Origin: Methanocaldococcus sp. 28A
GTDB lineage: Archaea; AGJL01; Methanococci; Methanococcales; Methanocaldococcaceae
Strand: one strand, 5' to 3'
Assembly: GCA_049852185.1 (NCBI GenBank)
Contig: CP187540.1
Length of the DNA: 64,000 bases
The position numbers and the translations under genes were made by a program. The notes beneath the pieces are model-generated. The model ran no database searches and had not been told where the DNA came from. It worked only from the letters and a program-made list of their open reading frames with translations. Within the stretch, counting starts at the first letter, position 1. Each line of letters starts with the position of its first letter. This document shows positions 35,032-45,258 of this stretch, one piece after another.

Positions 35032-35586
35032 TTAATCAGCTCCCCATCTTTTAAATAGGTTGTTTTCTATTCCTAAGATGTCTAAAACCCTCCCAACAAC
35101 AAAATCTACGATATCATCAACAGTTTTTGGTTTGTGGTAGAAGGCAGGAATTGGTGGCATTATAACAGCTCCTAAATTTGATAATTTGAGCATATTTTCT
35201 AAATGTATGCTGTTTAATGGCATTTCTCTTGGCATAATAATTAATTTCCTTCTTTCTTTTAGAGCAATATCGCAAACTCTAACTATTAAATTAGCTGAAT
35301 ATCCGTTAGCAATAGCTGAAAGAGTTTTCATTGAACAAGGTATAACTATGACGGCATCAAATTTGTTTGAGCCAGATGCTATTGGAGAGAAAAAATCATT
35401 ATTTTCATAATAATTAGAAGCTAATTTTTTTAACTTTTCCCAATCTATATTTAACTCTTCTTTAATTATTTTCTTAGCTGAATTTGAGAGGATTAAAGTA
35501 ACTTCAGCATTATCTTTTAAAACCTCTAATAATCTTTTTGCGTAAATAACTCCACTTGCTCCAGTTATACAAACAATAATTTTCAT
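35032..35586 (-). CDS. ubiX: Flavin prenyltransferase
   Basis: ITGASG, ASGS, PCSMKTL, PREMP, PAFY. Confidence 0.93.
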   Translation of the reverse strand: MKIIVCITGASGVIYAKRLLEVLKDNAEVTLILSNSAKKIIKEELNIDWEKLKKLASNYYENNDFFSPIASGSNKFDAVIVIPCSMKTLSAIANGYSANLIVRVCDIALKERRKLIIMPREMPLNSIHLENMLKLSNLGAVIMPPIPAFYHKPKTVDDIVDFVVGRVLDILGIENNLFKRWGAD

Positions 35587-35682
35587 TTTATCACAGAACC
35601 TTTTAATAATTTTTACCATATATCTAAATATATGGATACACACAATTAAAAATAAATATTATAGAAAACAATAATAAAAAAA

Positions 35683-35794
35683 TGGTGCCGAGGGAGGGAT
35701 TCGAACCCTCGACCTCCCGGTTTCCCAGGACCCAGGCAAAAAGCCTGGGATATCCGTATGAGCCGGGCGCTATAACCAGCTAAGCCACCTCGGC
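35683..35794 (-). tRNA. tRNA-Met(CAT) with about 35-nt intron at 37/38
   Basis: GCCGAGG...CCCGG-CTCATA-[CGGATATCCCAGGCTTTTTGCCTGGGTCCTGGGAA]-ACCGGG...TTCGAAT...CCTCGGCACCA. Confidence 0.93.
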
Positions 35795-35822
35795 ACGCAA
35801 CATCATTATAACTATAAACCCC

Positions 35823-35868
35823 TATATATACTTTTCGGCGTAAGATTTATATAGAGAGGTTTATAAAT
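35823..35868. promoter_or_regulatory. Divergent BRE/TATA promoters for tRNA-Met and tRNA-Leu
   Basis: Minus strand CCGAAAAGTATATATA; plus strand TTTATATA and TTTATAAA. Confidence 0.55.
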
Positions 35869-35885
35869 AACATTTGCCTATAAGA

Positions 35886-35973
35886 GCGGGGGTCGCCAAG
35901 CCAGGTCAAAGGCGCCAGATTGAGGGTCTGGTCCCGTAGGGGTTCGCGGGTTCAAATCCCGTCCCCCGCACCA
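35886..35973 (+). tRNA. tRNA-Leu(GAG)
   Basis: GCGGGGG acceptor, CCAGA-TTGAGGG-TCTGG, long variable arm, encoded CCA. Confidence 0.95.
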
Positions 35974-35974
35974 T

Positions 35975-36060
35975 TTATAGTTGTGTGTAAAACTATCTTA
36001 ATTAAATAAGACATTCAAATTGTCCTTTTTAAAGTTTATTTCATTTTGCACACAACGATA
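35975..36060. mobile_element. MITE-like element family A directly after tRNA-Leu
   Basis: TTATAGTTGTGTGTAAAA...TTTTGCACACAACGATA. Confidence 0.75.
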
Positions 36061-36190
36061 TTGAGCTATTTTTTAATGTCTTATTATAAAAGTTAAGATA
36101 TAACCAAATTTTAAATTTATATAACTTCCCAAAATTTTTGGAATTATTAACATTATTTTAATTAATGTAAATATTTAAATTTGTGGGATT

Positions 36191-37492
36191 ATGGTAACTT
36201 TAGATTTATCACAATATAGGATGATAACAGATGTTAAAAACAAAGATAATATGCTAATTCTCGAAATAAATAAAATTTATGAAGTTGAAGTAGAAATACC
36301 TTATGAAGAAGTTGAAATTGATGGCTCAATAATAAAAATTAATGCTCATCCAAAAAGGGCTGAAAATATAAAGGTTGGGATTTTAAACTTAATCTCTTAC
36401 AGCATAGCCAACAATTTAAAGAGCAAGATAACAAAAAGAAGAACTATATATATAAATGAGCCAATTCCTTTGATTGGGCATACAGCTTTTGGTTTAATTG
36501 AGAGAGGGAGAAACATTATACAAGTTAGAGGGCATTGCGGTTGTAATTTAAATTGCATATTCTGCTCAGTGGATGAAGGAGAGTTCTCTAAAACAAGAAA
36601 AAACGATTACTATGTTGATTTAGATTATTTAATTGAGAATTACAAAAAGATTGTAGATTTTAAAGAGAATAAGTTTATTGAGGCTCACTTAGATGGACAG
36701 GGAGAGCCAGCCCTTTATTATCCATTAGTTGATTTGGTTCAAGAATTAGCTGAGATAAATAAAAAAGGTAATGGTATTGTTTCTATGCAAAGTAATGGGA
36801 CAGTTTTAGATTATAAGTTAATTGATGAGCTTGAAGAAGCTGGATTACATAGAATAAATCTATCTATAAATGCTTTAGATGAAAGAATGGCTAAAATTCT
36901 CTCTGGTAGGAGAAATTATGATATTGAGAAGATTTTAGATATAGCAGAATATATAAAAAACTCTAAGATTCATCTGCTTGTAGCTCCTCTTTTATTACCA
37001 AACATAAATGATGAAGAATTTAAAAGAGTTATTGATTATACTATTAATTTAGAACAGAGAACTCCTCAAAATATTATAAACCCTATAACAGGAAAAAAGG
37101 ACCCTATTTTAGGATGTCAATTGTGTAGAGTTTATCAATTAGGTAGAAGACCCAAAAAAATGAAGATTTGGGATTTTGAGAAGTTTTATAATTTGTTGAG
37201 GAAATATGAGTTGGAATATAAGAAGAATGGCATTGAAGTTAAGCTTATTCTATCTCCAAAAGATTTTGGAACGCATAAAAGGAAAAGATTACCTTATCCA
37301 TTTAAAGTTGGTGAGATAACAAAGGTAAAAGTTGTTTTAGATGGAAGAGTTAAAGGAGAAGTTTTGGGAATAGCTAAAGATAGGGTTATCCAGATAATTA
37401 ACTGCAATAATGAACATAGTTTAATTGGAAAAACAGTTAAAGTAAGAATTTTGAGAAATAAAGACAATATAATTGTTGCTGAAAAGTTATAA
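36191..37492 (+). CDS. Radical SAM protein with C-terminal TRAM-like domain
   Basis: CNLNCIFC, DGQGEP; beta-rich C-terminus. Confidence 0.88.
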   Translation: MVTLDLSQYRMITDVKNKDNMLILEINKIYEVEVEIPYEEVEIDGSIIKINAHPKRAENIKVGILNLISYSIANNLKSKITKRRTIYINEPIPLIGHTAFGLIERGRNIIQVRGHCGCNLNCIFCSVDEGEFSKTRKNDYYVDLDYLIENYKKIVDFKENKFIEAHLDGQGEPALYYPLVDLVQELAEINKKGNGIVSMQSNGTVLDYKLIDELEEAGLHRINLSINALDERMAKILSGRRNYDIEKILDIAEYIKNSKIHLLVAPLLLPNINDEEFKRVIDYTINLEQRTPQNIINPITGKKDPILGCQLCRVYQLGRRPKKMKIWDFEKFYNLLRKYELEYKKNGIEVKLILSPKDFGTHKRKRLPYPFKVGEITKVKVVLDGRVKGEVLGIAKDRVIQIINCNNEHSLIGKTVKVRILRNKDNIIVAEKL

Positions 37493-37501
37493 GGTGATAT
37501 T

Positions 37502-39454
37502 TTGAATTTAGTTGATTTATACGTGAAGAAATTTATGGATTTGATTGAGATTGAAAGAAGATGTGAGATGGACTTTCATAAAAATGAGATTATAAAGTTG
37601 GGAAAAAAGAGAGAAAATGTAGGTAGAGCAATTTTAAATTTAAAAGGAAAATTTTTAGGAGAGAGCTTAGGATGTACAATTGTCAGATTTGGAAGGAAAA
37701 AGCCATTTAAAACAGAAATATCTCCAGGAGATGTTGTTTTAGTCAGCAAAGAAAACCCATTGCAGAGTGATTTATATGCTAATGTGATTTATGTGGGAAA
37801 AAACTTTATAGATGTGGCGTTTGATGTTGATGTTCCAAGATGGGTTTATAAGGAGAGAGTTAGGATTGATTTGTATGTAAATGATATAACATTTAAAAGG
37901 ATGAAAGAAGCATTGAGGGAATTTGCAAGAAAAAAGGATAAATTAGCATACATTATTTTAGGAATTGAACATCCAGAAAAACCTTTGAGAGAAGATATTG
38001 AATTAGAATTTTATGATAAAAGTTTAAATGAATCTCAAAAATTAGCTGTTAAAAAAGCAGTTTTAAGTAAGGATTTGTATTTAATTCACGGACCTCCAGG
38101 AACTGGAAAAACAAGGACTATAACTGAGGTTATAGTTCAAGAGGTTAAATTTAATAAGCATAAAGTTTTAGCAACTGCTGATTCAAATATAGCAGCAGAT
38201 AACATCTTAGAATATCTAATTAAAAAATATCCTGATTTAAAAGTTGTTAGAGTAGGGCATCCAACAAGGATTTCAAAGGATTTGATACAACACTCTTTAC
38301 CATATTTAATTGAGAATCATGAAAAATATCAGGAAATTTTATCTTTAAGGGAAAAAATTAAAGAGATTAAGGAACAGAGAGATAAATTTTTAAAACCCTC
38401 TCCAAAATGGAGAAGAGGAATGAGTGATGAGCAAATTTTAAAAGTTGCTAAAAGAAAAAAATCTTATAGGGGAATCCCTAAAGAAAAAATTATCAGTATG
38501 GCAGAATGGATTATAAGAAATAAAAAGATTAAAAAAATCATTAGTAATTTAGATGAAATAATAGAAAAAATTATGAATGAAATTTTAAATGAGGCTGATG
38601 TAATTGTAGCAACAAATTCCATGGCTGGGTCAGAGATTTTAAAAGGGTGGGAGTTTGATGTTGTAGTAATAGATGAAGGAAGCCAGGCTATGGAACCATC
38701 ATGCTTAATCCCAATTGTTAAAGGAAAAAAACTAATTATGGCTGGAGACCACAAGCAATTGCCTCCAACAGTATTGAGTGAAAATGAAGAGCTAAAAAAG
38801 ACATTATTTGAGAGATTAATTAAAAAATATCCAGAATTTTCATCCATATTAGAAATTCAATATAGAATGAATGAAAGAATTATGGAATTTCCAAATAGAA
38901 TGTTTTATGACAATAAATTAAAAGCTGATAAGAGCGTTAAAAACATCACCTTATTAGATTTGGTTAAAGAGGAAGAGATTGATGAAGCCGATAGAGACAT
39001 TATAAACGAAATTCCAGTTCAGTTTATACATGTTGAAGGATTAGAAAGAAAAGATAAAGAATCACCATCTTATTATAATATAGAAGAGGCAGAGAAGGTT
39101 TTAGAGATAATTAAAAAACTTTTAAAGTATAAGATACCAACAAACGTCATAACTCCTTACGATGCTCAAGTTAGGTATTTAAGGAGGTTGTTTGAAGAGC
39201 ACAATATAGATGTGGAAGTTAATACAGTAGATGGATTTCAAGGTAGAGAAAATGAGGCAATAATTATTTCATTTGTAAGAACATTGAACTTTGGATTTTT
39301 AAAAGATTTGAGAAGATTGAATGTTGCTATAACAAGAGCTAAGAGGAAATTGATTTTAATAGGTAATGAGAATTTGTTAAAGCAGGATAAAGTTTATAAT
39401 GAGATGATAAAGTGGGCTAAATCAGTTGAATCGGAATATAAACAAAAAAGCTAA
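37502..39454 (+). CDS. IGHMBP2/Upf1-like SF1 helicase
   Basis: GPPGTGKT, DEGSQ, GDHKQLPP, QYRM, VDGFQGRE, RLNVAITRA. Confidence 0.93.
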   Translation: MNLVDLYVKKFMDLIEIERRCEMDFHKNEIIKLGKKRENVGRAILNLKGKFLGESLGCTIVRFGRKKPFKTEISPGDVVLVSKENPLQSDLYANVIYVGKNFIDVAFDVDVPRWVYKERVRIDLYVNDITFKRMKEALREFARKKDKLAYIILGIEHPEKPLREDIELEFYDKSLNESQKLAVKKAVLSKDLYLIHGPPGTGKTRTITEVIVQEVKFNKHKVLATADSNIAADNILEYLIKKYPDLKVVRVGHPTRISKDLIQHSLPYLIENHEKYQEILSLREKIKEIKEQRDKFLKPSPKWRRGMSDEQILKVAKRKKSYRGIPKEKIISMAEWIIRNKKIKKIISNLDEIIEKIMNEILNEADVIVATNSMAGSEILKGWEFDVVVIDEGSQAMEPSCLIPIVKGKKLIMAGDHKQLPPTVLSENEELKKTLFERLIKKYPEFSSILEIQYRMNERIMEFPNRMFYDNKLKADKSVKNITLLDLVKEEEIDEADRDIINEIPVQFIHVEGLERKDKESPSYYNIEEAEKVLEIIKKLLKYKIPTNVITPYDAQVRYLRRLFEEHNIDVEVNTVDGFQGRENEAIIISFVRTLNFGFLKDLRRLNVAITRAKRKLILIGNENLLKQDKVYNEMIKWAKSVESEYKQKS

Positions 39455-39467
39455 ATAAAATTTAAAA

Positions 39468-39812
39468 TTAATACATTCTGAATGTTATCTCTACATGAAT
39501 AGATTCAATTTTAACACATTTAGCAAATCCTAACATCTCCAGTTGAACTCTTCCAGCTATAATCTCTTTTTCTTCAAAGCCATTTATCATTTGAGGAACT
39601 AATGAGACTTTAATAACTCTTCCTAAAACTCCTTCTGTTCCTGTTCTTAAATCTTCTCTAAGTGTTGATGTTATAAAAACTAAATCTCCATCTTTTAAAT
39701 TTTTAACTGTCTCTAAGTTCAATGCATTAATTAAAGTGAAAGTTTTTACATGATTTTCAATAAAATCATTAATTGCATTTTCGCTAATCCCAAATAATCC
39801 ATATACTTTCAT
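39468..39812 (-). CDS. Conserved archaeal protein (DUF473-like)
   Basis: 114-aa ORF with GGTGA RBS; GDLVFITS motif. Confidence 0.65.
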   Translation of the reverse strand: MKVYGLFGISENAINDFIENHVKTFTLINALNLETVKNLKDGDLVFITSTLREDLRTGTEGVLGRVIKVSLVPQMINGFEEKEIIAGRVQLEMLGFAKCVKIESIHVEITFRMY

Positions 39813-39850
39813 AATTTCACCAATTAACTACAAATAGTGCCCTATTTTTA

Positions 39851-39875
39851 ATATATAAACTGCGAAAGTCCTATT
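39851..39875. repeat. Palindromic repeat family B, single end
   Basis: ATATATAAACTGCGAAAGTCCTATT, identical to 40852-40876. Confidence 0.65.
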
Positions 39876-39890
39876 AAATACAAAGCTAAG

Positions 39891-39954
39891 AGGCACTGCC
39901 GAGCGAAGCGAGGCAGTGCATCCCGGGTATACCAATAGGGCAAAGCCCTATGGT
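39891..39954. repeat. Hairpin repeat family C, copy 2
   Basis: GCACTGCC-GAGCGAAGCGA-GGCAGTGC-ATCC, then ATAGGGC-AAA-GCCCTAT. Confidence 0.6.
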
Positions 39955-40658
39955 TAAATATACATTGGATATTCCCTTCTACTCTTTGACAACATCTTCA
40001 AATGTTGTTCTGCCAATTCTTTGAGTTTGTTTTCAATAGCTTCAGCCTCTTTGATAAGATTTTCAATACTTATGTTTAGGTTGAACATTTTATTCAAAAC
40101 TTCTAATAAGTTAGCTCCACCTCTTGGGTCTGGTCTAACTCCAACAGTCTCAGCTAACAAGCCAATAGCATTAAATCCATTATCTTGACATTTTATAAGT
40201 AAATTTCCACTAATTCCCCCCACAATTCCAAAATCAAATATTTCAACATAATTTTTTAAGTTCTCTATTAATTCTTCATTATTGGCAATTCCAAATACTT
40301 TTTCTGATTTTCCTGCCATTATTCCTCCAAGAGAAACAAATAACTTTGGATTTTTATTTGAGAAGGTTTTGGCTATAAACTCAGCCAATTCATTAATCTT
40401 AAGTGGAGGGATTATTACATCTGAAAATAAGACAATTAAATCATTTTTTGCATAAGCTCTCAGTGGAGGATAAGGAATGCCCTTCTCAACAGTTACAAGT
40501 GGAGGAATTCCCTCAATTTCAAAGTATCCAAAATATTTTAAGTTGAGCTCTTTTATTATTTGAAATGCAGCAATACTGCCAACTAATCCAGTGCCAGGAA
40601 ATGCTTCAATAATTATTGGCTGTTCAAACTCTATTTTTGCTTTTTCAATAAATTTCAT
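39954..40658 (-). CDS. PAC2-family proteasome assembly chaperone
   Basis: AFPGTGLVG, SLGG, RPDPRG, C-terminal MYI; start at 40658 after GGTGG RBS. Confidence 0.85.
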   Translation of the reverse strand: MKFIEKAKIEFEQPIIIEAFPGTGLVGSIAAFQIIKELNLKYFGYFEIEGIPPLVTVEKGIPYPPLRAYAKNDLIVLFSDVIIPPLKINELAEFIAKTFSNKNPKLFVSLGGIMAGKSEKVFGIANNEELIENLKNYVEIFDFGIVGGISGNLLIKCQDNGFNAIGLLAETVGVRPDPRGGANLLEVLNKMFNLNISIENLIKEAEAIENKLKELAEQHLKMLSKSRREYPMYI

Positions 40659-40672
40659 ACTACCCACCAAAT

Positions 40673-40784
40673 TTATAGTTGTGTGTAAAATAAAATAAAC
40701 TTCAAAAAGGAAATTTTGAATGCCTTCTTTATGGAAATCATTCATTAATACCTTATTTTTAAGATAGTTTTGCACACAACTATA
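40673..40784. mobile_element. MITE-like element family A, long form
   Basis: TATAGTTGTGTGTAAAA...TTTTGCACACAACTATA. Confidence 0.8.
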
Positions 40785-40793
40785 GCTAAATAT

Positions 40794-40876
40794 AATAGGA
40801 GCAGGAATTTGTTAGATATATATACATAAATATGCCAAAGTTCTAAATTTAATATATAAACTGCGAAAGTCCTATT
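40794..40876. repeat. Palindromic repeat family B
   Basis: AATAGGA...CAAAGTTCTAAATTTAATATATAAACTGCGAAAGTCCTATT. Confidence 0.65.
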
Positions 40877-40996
40877 TAAAGAGCATTTAACTAATTATTT
40901 ATTGGTATTTTATTCGTGCAAAATTCCTATTATAAAATAATTTTATTAACGTTAATTACATTTATAGTTTTCATTTTCTATTGACTATGAAAGTTT

Positions 40997-42595
40997 ATGA
41001 GGGAAATTATGAAAATACTAATAATAACTGGAAAATTAGCTGAAAAGAAAGTTAAAAAAGCTGTAGAAAAATACGATTTTGTGGATGTTCATGTAGCAAA
41101 TATTTCAGTAGCGGCTTTTTTAACACCAAATTTAATAATTAAAGAAATTAAAAAATTAGAAAACAAATTTGGAAAAAAATTAAAGGATATTTACGATTTT
41201 GTTTTAGTAACTGGATTGATAAGGCATGATTTAAAGAAGGTTGAGGAAGAGACTGGAATAAAATGCTTTAAATCTACGAGAGAGGCTTCTGATATTCCAA
41301 TACTAATTGAAAATTTAGATAAAATAAAGCTATCCACTAAAGAATATGCTGATTTACAATTATTGGAGATTATTAGAGAGAGATGTGAAGAAGAGATTAA
41401 AAATGCAGAGGAACAGGAGTTAGGAGATGGTAATATAAAGATAGGTAATTTAAAGGTTGGTGATAAATTTCCTATGAGAGTTTTGGGAGAGATAGTTCAT
41501 GCTCCATGGCTAAAGGAGAAAGAGTTGGAGGAGAAAATAATATACTACTTAGAAAGTGGGGCAGATATGATTGATTTAGGGATGGTTAGTAACGAAAACA
41601 ATGCAGACAAAATTAAGGAAATGCTAAAAATAGCGAGAGATTTAACTGACAATCCAATTAGCGTAGATACTTTAAACACAAAAGAGTTGATTGAAGCAAT
41701 AAATTTAGGAGCAGATATGATTTTGAGCGTTGATGCTGGAAATATGGATGAGATAATTCCTTATTTGAAAGATTCAGATACAGCAGTTGTTGTTTTACCA
41801 ACAAATTATAAAATAAACTATATCCCAGAGACGATTGAAGGAAAGATTAAGTCTTTAGAGGAGAATATAAAAAAATTATTGGATACAGGAATTGAGAAAA
41901 TAGTTGCTGACCCAATATTAGAGCCAATAAACAACAGTGGTTGTAGTTTTATAGAAAGTGTTATTGCATGTAAAGAATTTAAAAAAAGAAATAAAATTCC
42001 ACTATTTTTTGGTGTTGGGAATGTTACTGAGCTTTTTGATGCTGATAGTAATGGAGTTAATGCTTTATTAGCAGCAATTGCTTCTGAGATTAATGCAAAC
42101 ATATTATTTACACCAGAAGCGAGTTCAAAATGTAAATTTTCAATAAAAGAGTTAAAGATTGCTTCAAAAATGATGTTTTTGGCTAAAAAAAGGAATTCTT
42201 TACCAAAAGATGTTGGTTATAATTTGATAAATTATAAGGATAAGAGATTTGATGAAGAAATAACATTTAAAAATTACAAAGTTCCAATAATTAAAGCTGA
42301 AGAAGATAAAAAACAAATATTGGATGAAGGAAGTTTTAAAATTGAAATTGACAGAAAAAATAAAGAAATTGTAGCAATATACTTTAATAAAAGAAGAGAA
42401 CCAGTTTTAATTATTAAAGGTAAGAAACCAAAAGAAATTTATGAAACCGCAATAAGATTAAATTTAATAAAAAAGATTGACCATGCCGCATATTTTGGGA
42501 GAGAATTGGCTAAGGCAGAAATTGCCTTAAAAATAGGTAAAAAATATAATCAAGACTTTGATTTATTTTATAATGAATTTTGGTGGAGATTATGA
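40997..42595 (+). CDS. Dihydropteroate synthase-related protein
   Basis: Pterin-binding barrel (GADMIDLG, ISVDT, ADPIL, GNVTELFDADS); C-terminal DHAAYFGRELAKAE..YNQD. Confidence 0.85.
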   Translation: MREIMKILIITGKLAEKKVKKAVEKYDFVDVHVANISVAAFLTPNLIIKEIKKLENKFGKKLKDIYDFVLVTGLIRHDLKKVEEETGIKCFKSTREASDIPILIENLDKIKLSTKEYADLQLLEIIRERCEEEIKNAEEQELGDGNIKIGNLKVGDKFPMRVLGEIVHAPWLKEKELEEKIIYYLESGADMIDLGMVSNENNADKIKEMLKIARDLTDNPISVDTLNTKELIEAINLGADMILSVDAGNMDEIIPYLKDSDTAVVVLPTNYKINYIPETIEGKIKSLEENIKKLLDTGIEKIVADPILEPINNSGCSFIESVIACKEFKKRNKIPLFFGVGNVTELFDADSNGVNALLAAIASEINANILFTPEASSKCKFSIKELKIASKMMFLAKKRNSLPKDVGYNLINYKDKRFDEEITFKNYKVPIIKAEEDKKQILDEGSFKIEIDRKNKEIVAIYFNKRREPVLIIKGKKPKEIYETAIRLNLIKKIDHAAYFGRELAKAEIALKIGKKYNQDFDLFYNEFWWRL

Positions 42596-43932
42596 GAAAA
42601 ACTAAAATTTTAGTTACTTTAGGACCTTCATTAGAAAATAAATTAGATAAAGCAGTAAATTTAATAGATGGAGTTAGGTTTAATATGTCTCATGCTACAA
42701 CAGATTATTGTGAAAAGTTTTTGAATATATTGGAAAAAAATAACATTGCCAAAGTTATGGATTTGAAAGGGATAAAAATTAGAGTAAAAAAAGTTAGATT
42801 AAAAGATAATATATTAAAAGAAGGGGAGAAAGTAGTTATTGGTAAAAATGGAGATATAGAGCTTAATTACAACATAGACACAATTGAAGAGGGTCATTAT
42901 ATTTTAATTAACGATGGAAAAATTAAGCTAAAAGTTTTAGAAAAAAATGATGATAAAATTATCGCTATTGTAGAAGTTGGTGGTGAAATTAGAGAAGGAA
43001 TGGGAGTAAATCTTCCAGATACAAAAATTGAATTGCCAATAATTGATGAAATTGATTTAAAAAATATAAAATTTGCTATAGAAAAGGACTTTGAATATAT
43101 TGCCTTATCATTTGTTAGAAATAAAGAAGATATTAAGGAATTAAAAGATATTATAGCAGAATATAAAGGAGATTGTGAGGTAATATCAAAAATAGAGACA
43201 AAAGAGGGGCTAAAGAATATAAAAGAGATAGCAAGAGAAAGTGATGGAGTGATGGTAGCAAGGGGAGATTTGGGTGTAGAGATTCCTATAGAAAATATTC
43301 CAATTGAACAAAAGAACATATTGAGAATAGCTAATAAATATGGGATTCTGTCAATAACTGCCACACAAATTTTGGATTCTATGGTATATAACCCATTTCC
43401 AACGAGAGCTGAAGTTACAGACATAGCTAACGCCATATACGATGGAACTGACTGTTTAATGCTGTCCAACGAAACAACTATTGGAAAATATCCAATAGAG
43501 GCAATAGAAGTATTAAATAAAGTTGCTGAAATGGCTGATAAACATTATGAGGAGTTTGGAGATATTGTTTGTTTAGAGGTTGAGAGTATTGATGAGGGTT
43601 TAGTATATGCTGTTTATGAACTCTATAAAAAGCTAAATAGTAAGTTAGTTATCACTCCCACATATTCTGGAAGGTCTGCAAAATTAATATCTAAATTAAG
43701 GATAAATAGTAAAATAATAGCACCTACACCAAATTTAAAAACTTTAAAAAAGTTGAGGTTAGTTTGGGGTGTTGAAAGCTGTTTGATGAAAGAATTTGAC
43801 AATGTAGAGAGTATAATTAACACCTGTAGGGAAATTGCTAAAAAAGAAATTAATAAGGGGATTTATTTAATAACATTAGGACATCCAATAGGCAAAAAGA
43901 AAACAAATACTATAAAAGTTGAGAGTATCTAA
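42592..43932 (+). CDS. pyk: Pyruvate kinase
   Basis: KTKILVTLGP, RFNMSH, KIE, MVARGDLGVE, PTRAEVTD. Confidence 0.96.
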   Translation: MRKTKILVTLGPSLENKLDKAVNLIDGVRFNMSHATTDYCEKFLNILEKNNIAKVMDLKGIKIRVKKVRLKDNILKEGEKVVIGKNGDIELNYNIDTIEEGHYILINDGKIKLKVLEKNDDKIIAIVEVGGEIREGMGVNLPDTKIELPIIDEIDLKNIKFAIEKDFEYIALSFVRNKEDIKELKDIIAEYKGDCEVISKIETKEGLKNIKEIARESDGVMVARGDLGVEIPIENIPIEQKNILRIANKYGILSITATQILDSMVYNPFPTRAEVTDIANAIYDGTDCLMLSNETTIGKYPIEAIEVLNKVAEMADKHYEEFGDIVCLEVESIDEGLVYAVYELYKKLNSKLVITPTYSGRSAKLISKLRINSKIIAPTPNLKTLKKLRLVWGVESCLMKEFDNVESIINTCREIAKKEINKGIYLITLGHPIGKKKTNTIKVESI

Positions 43933-44028
43933 ATATGACTTTCACAGGAATAAAATTTTTTAAAGAATTTTTGATACCAAAATCATTATATTTTCATTGA
44001 CTAAATAGTATAACTGCGAAAGTTATAT
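43933..44028. repeat. Palindromic repeat family B between convergent pyk and suhB
   Basis: ATATGACTTTCACAG...CTGCGAAAGTTATAT. Confidence 0.55.
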
Positions 44029-44786
44029 TATAAAATGTCTAAAATTATATATAACATTTCTTTACTGTTTGCTACAATAATATTTAATCTATCTATTGCA
44101 TTTAGCTCAAATTTCAGCTCATTTCCATTCTCATCAGTTACTAAAGCTCCAGCTTCTTTGCATATTATATATGATGAAGCAATATCCACAGCTCTAACTT
44201 TAGGGCGGATATCAAAAACAGCATCTAAAGTGCCTTTAGCTACATAGCACATTTCTAAGCCAAAGGCTCCAAATATTCTAACTCTTTTAATTTTTTCTCT
44301 TAATTTTTCTAAATTTACTTTTTTATTTGGATAATAACTTATAGTTATGTCATTAGGATTAAATTCTTTAACCTTAATTTTTTCTCCATTTAAATATGCT
44401 CCTTTTTTATAATAAGCTTCATAAAAGTTTTTAGTTAAAAATTCATAAGTTAAGCCATAATATGGTTTGTTATTTTTAAATACTCCAAAGCAGAATGCAA
44501 AAAATGGAATTCCGTTTATAAAATTAAATGAGCCATCTATTGGGTCTATAACTACAGTCCATTCACTTTCATTATCTATAACTCCAATTTCTTCACTTAC
44601 AATATTTACATTTAAAGGTTGTAGATAATTTAAAGCAATATTTTCACTTAGTTTATCAAAAATTTCAGTTTTGTCTCCACTTGGCGACCTTCCAACAACA
44701 TAGGATTTATCTTTTCTACCAAAATAACTCAATATATTTTTTTCAATTTCTTTTACTATATTTCTCCCAATTTCATCCCATTTCAT
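44028..44786 (-). CDS. suhB: Bifunctional FBPase/inositol monophosphatase
   Basis: SEE, IDPIDGSFNF, VDIAS. Confidence 0.93.
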   Translation of the reverse strand: MKWDEIGRNIVKEIEKNILSYFGRKDKSYVVGRSPSGDKTEIFDKLSENIALNYLQPLNVNIVSEEIGVIDNESEWTVVIDPIDGSFNFINGIPFFAFCFGVFKNNKPYYGLTYEFLTKNFYEAYYKKGAYLNGEKIKVKEFNPNDITISYYPNKKVNLEKLREKIKRVRIFGAFGLEMCYVAKGTLDAVFDIRPKVRAVDIASSYIICKEAGALVTDENGNELKFELNAIDRLNIIVANSKEMLYIILDIL

Positions 44787-44907
44787 TTTTTCATCTCATC
44801 TTTTATTTTTAAGATAGTTTAGTTTATTTTGCACACAAATCTATAATGGTCATTGATTGCTCAGTTATTGGTATCGCAAGCATAGAACATATTTTTATAT
44901 CAATCTA

Positions 44908-45177
44908 CTAAGATTTCTTCAATTCATCCTTTATTTTTAAGTAAGTTATTGGTATCCAAAACATTAAAGACAAAATGTTAAATACTATTATAGGGTAATC
45001 TCTCTTTAATATTCCATACACCAACCAGAGAGTTAATCCCGTAGTGAATGTTATAACAAAAGCTAATGAGATATTACTCATATCTCTCTCCTTCAACGAC
45101 TTTATTAATTGAGGGAGAGATGCAAAGGTTGTTAAAGTTCCTGCAATATATCCAATAATAGTTACATCAAAATCCAT
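44908..45177 (-). CDS. SemiSWEET/PQ-loop transporter
   Basis: TTFASLPQ, LWLVYG; 3 TM helices, 89 aa. Confidence 0.9.
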   Translation of the reverse strand: MDFDVTIIGYIAGTLTTFASLPQLIKSLKERDMSNISLAFVITFTTGLTLWLVYGILKRDYPIIVFNILSLMFWIPITYLKIKDELKKS

Positions 45178-45258
45178 ATTTAATCACCAATTGTAAATTT
45201 TATAAGAAATTTTTAGAATTTTTTGACACATATTTATAATAGATATTAGGTGAGATAA

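Noticed and set aside
35723-35756. tRNA-Met intron as a novelty
   Set aside because: A canonical-position intron in elongator tRNA-Met is common in Euryarchaeota.
37502-39454. SF1 helicase as a Cas or defence gene
   Set aside because: No HD or other nuclease domain, no cas neighbours, ordinary housekeeping context.
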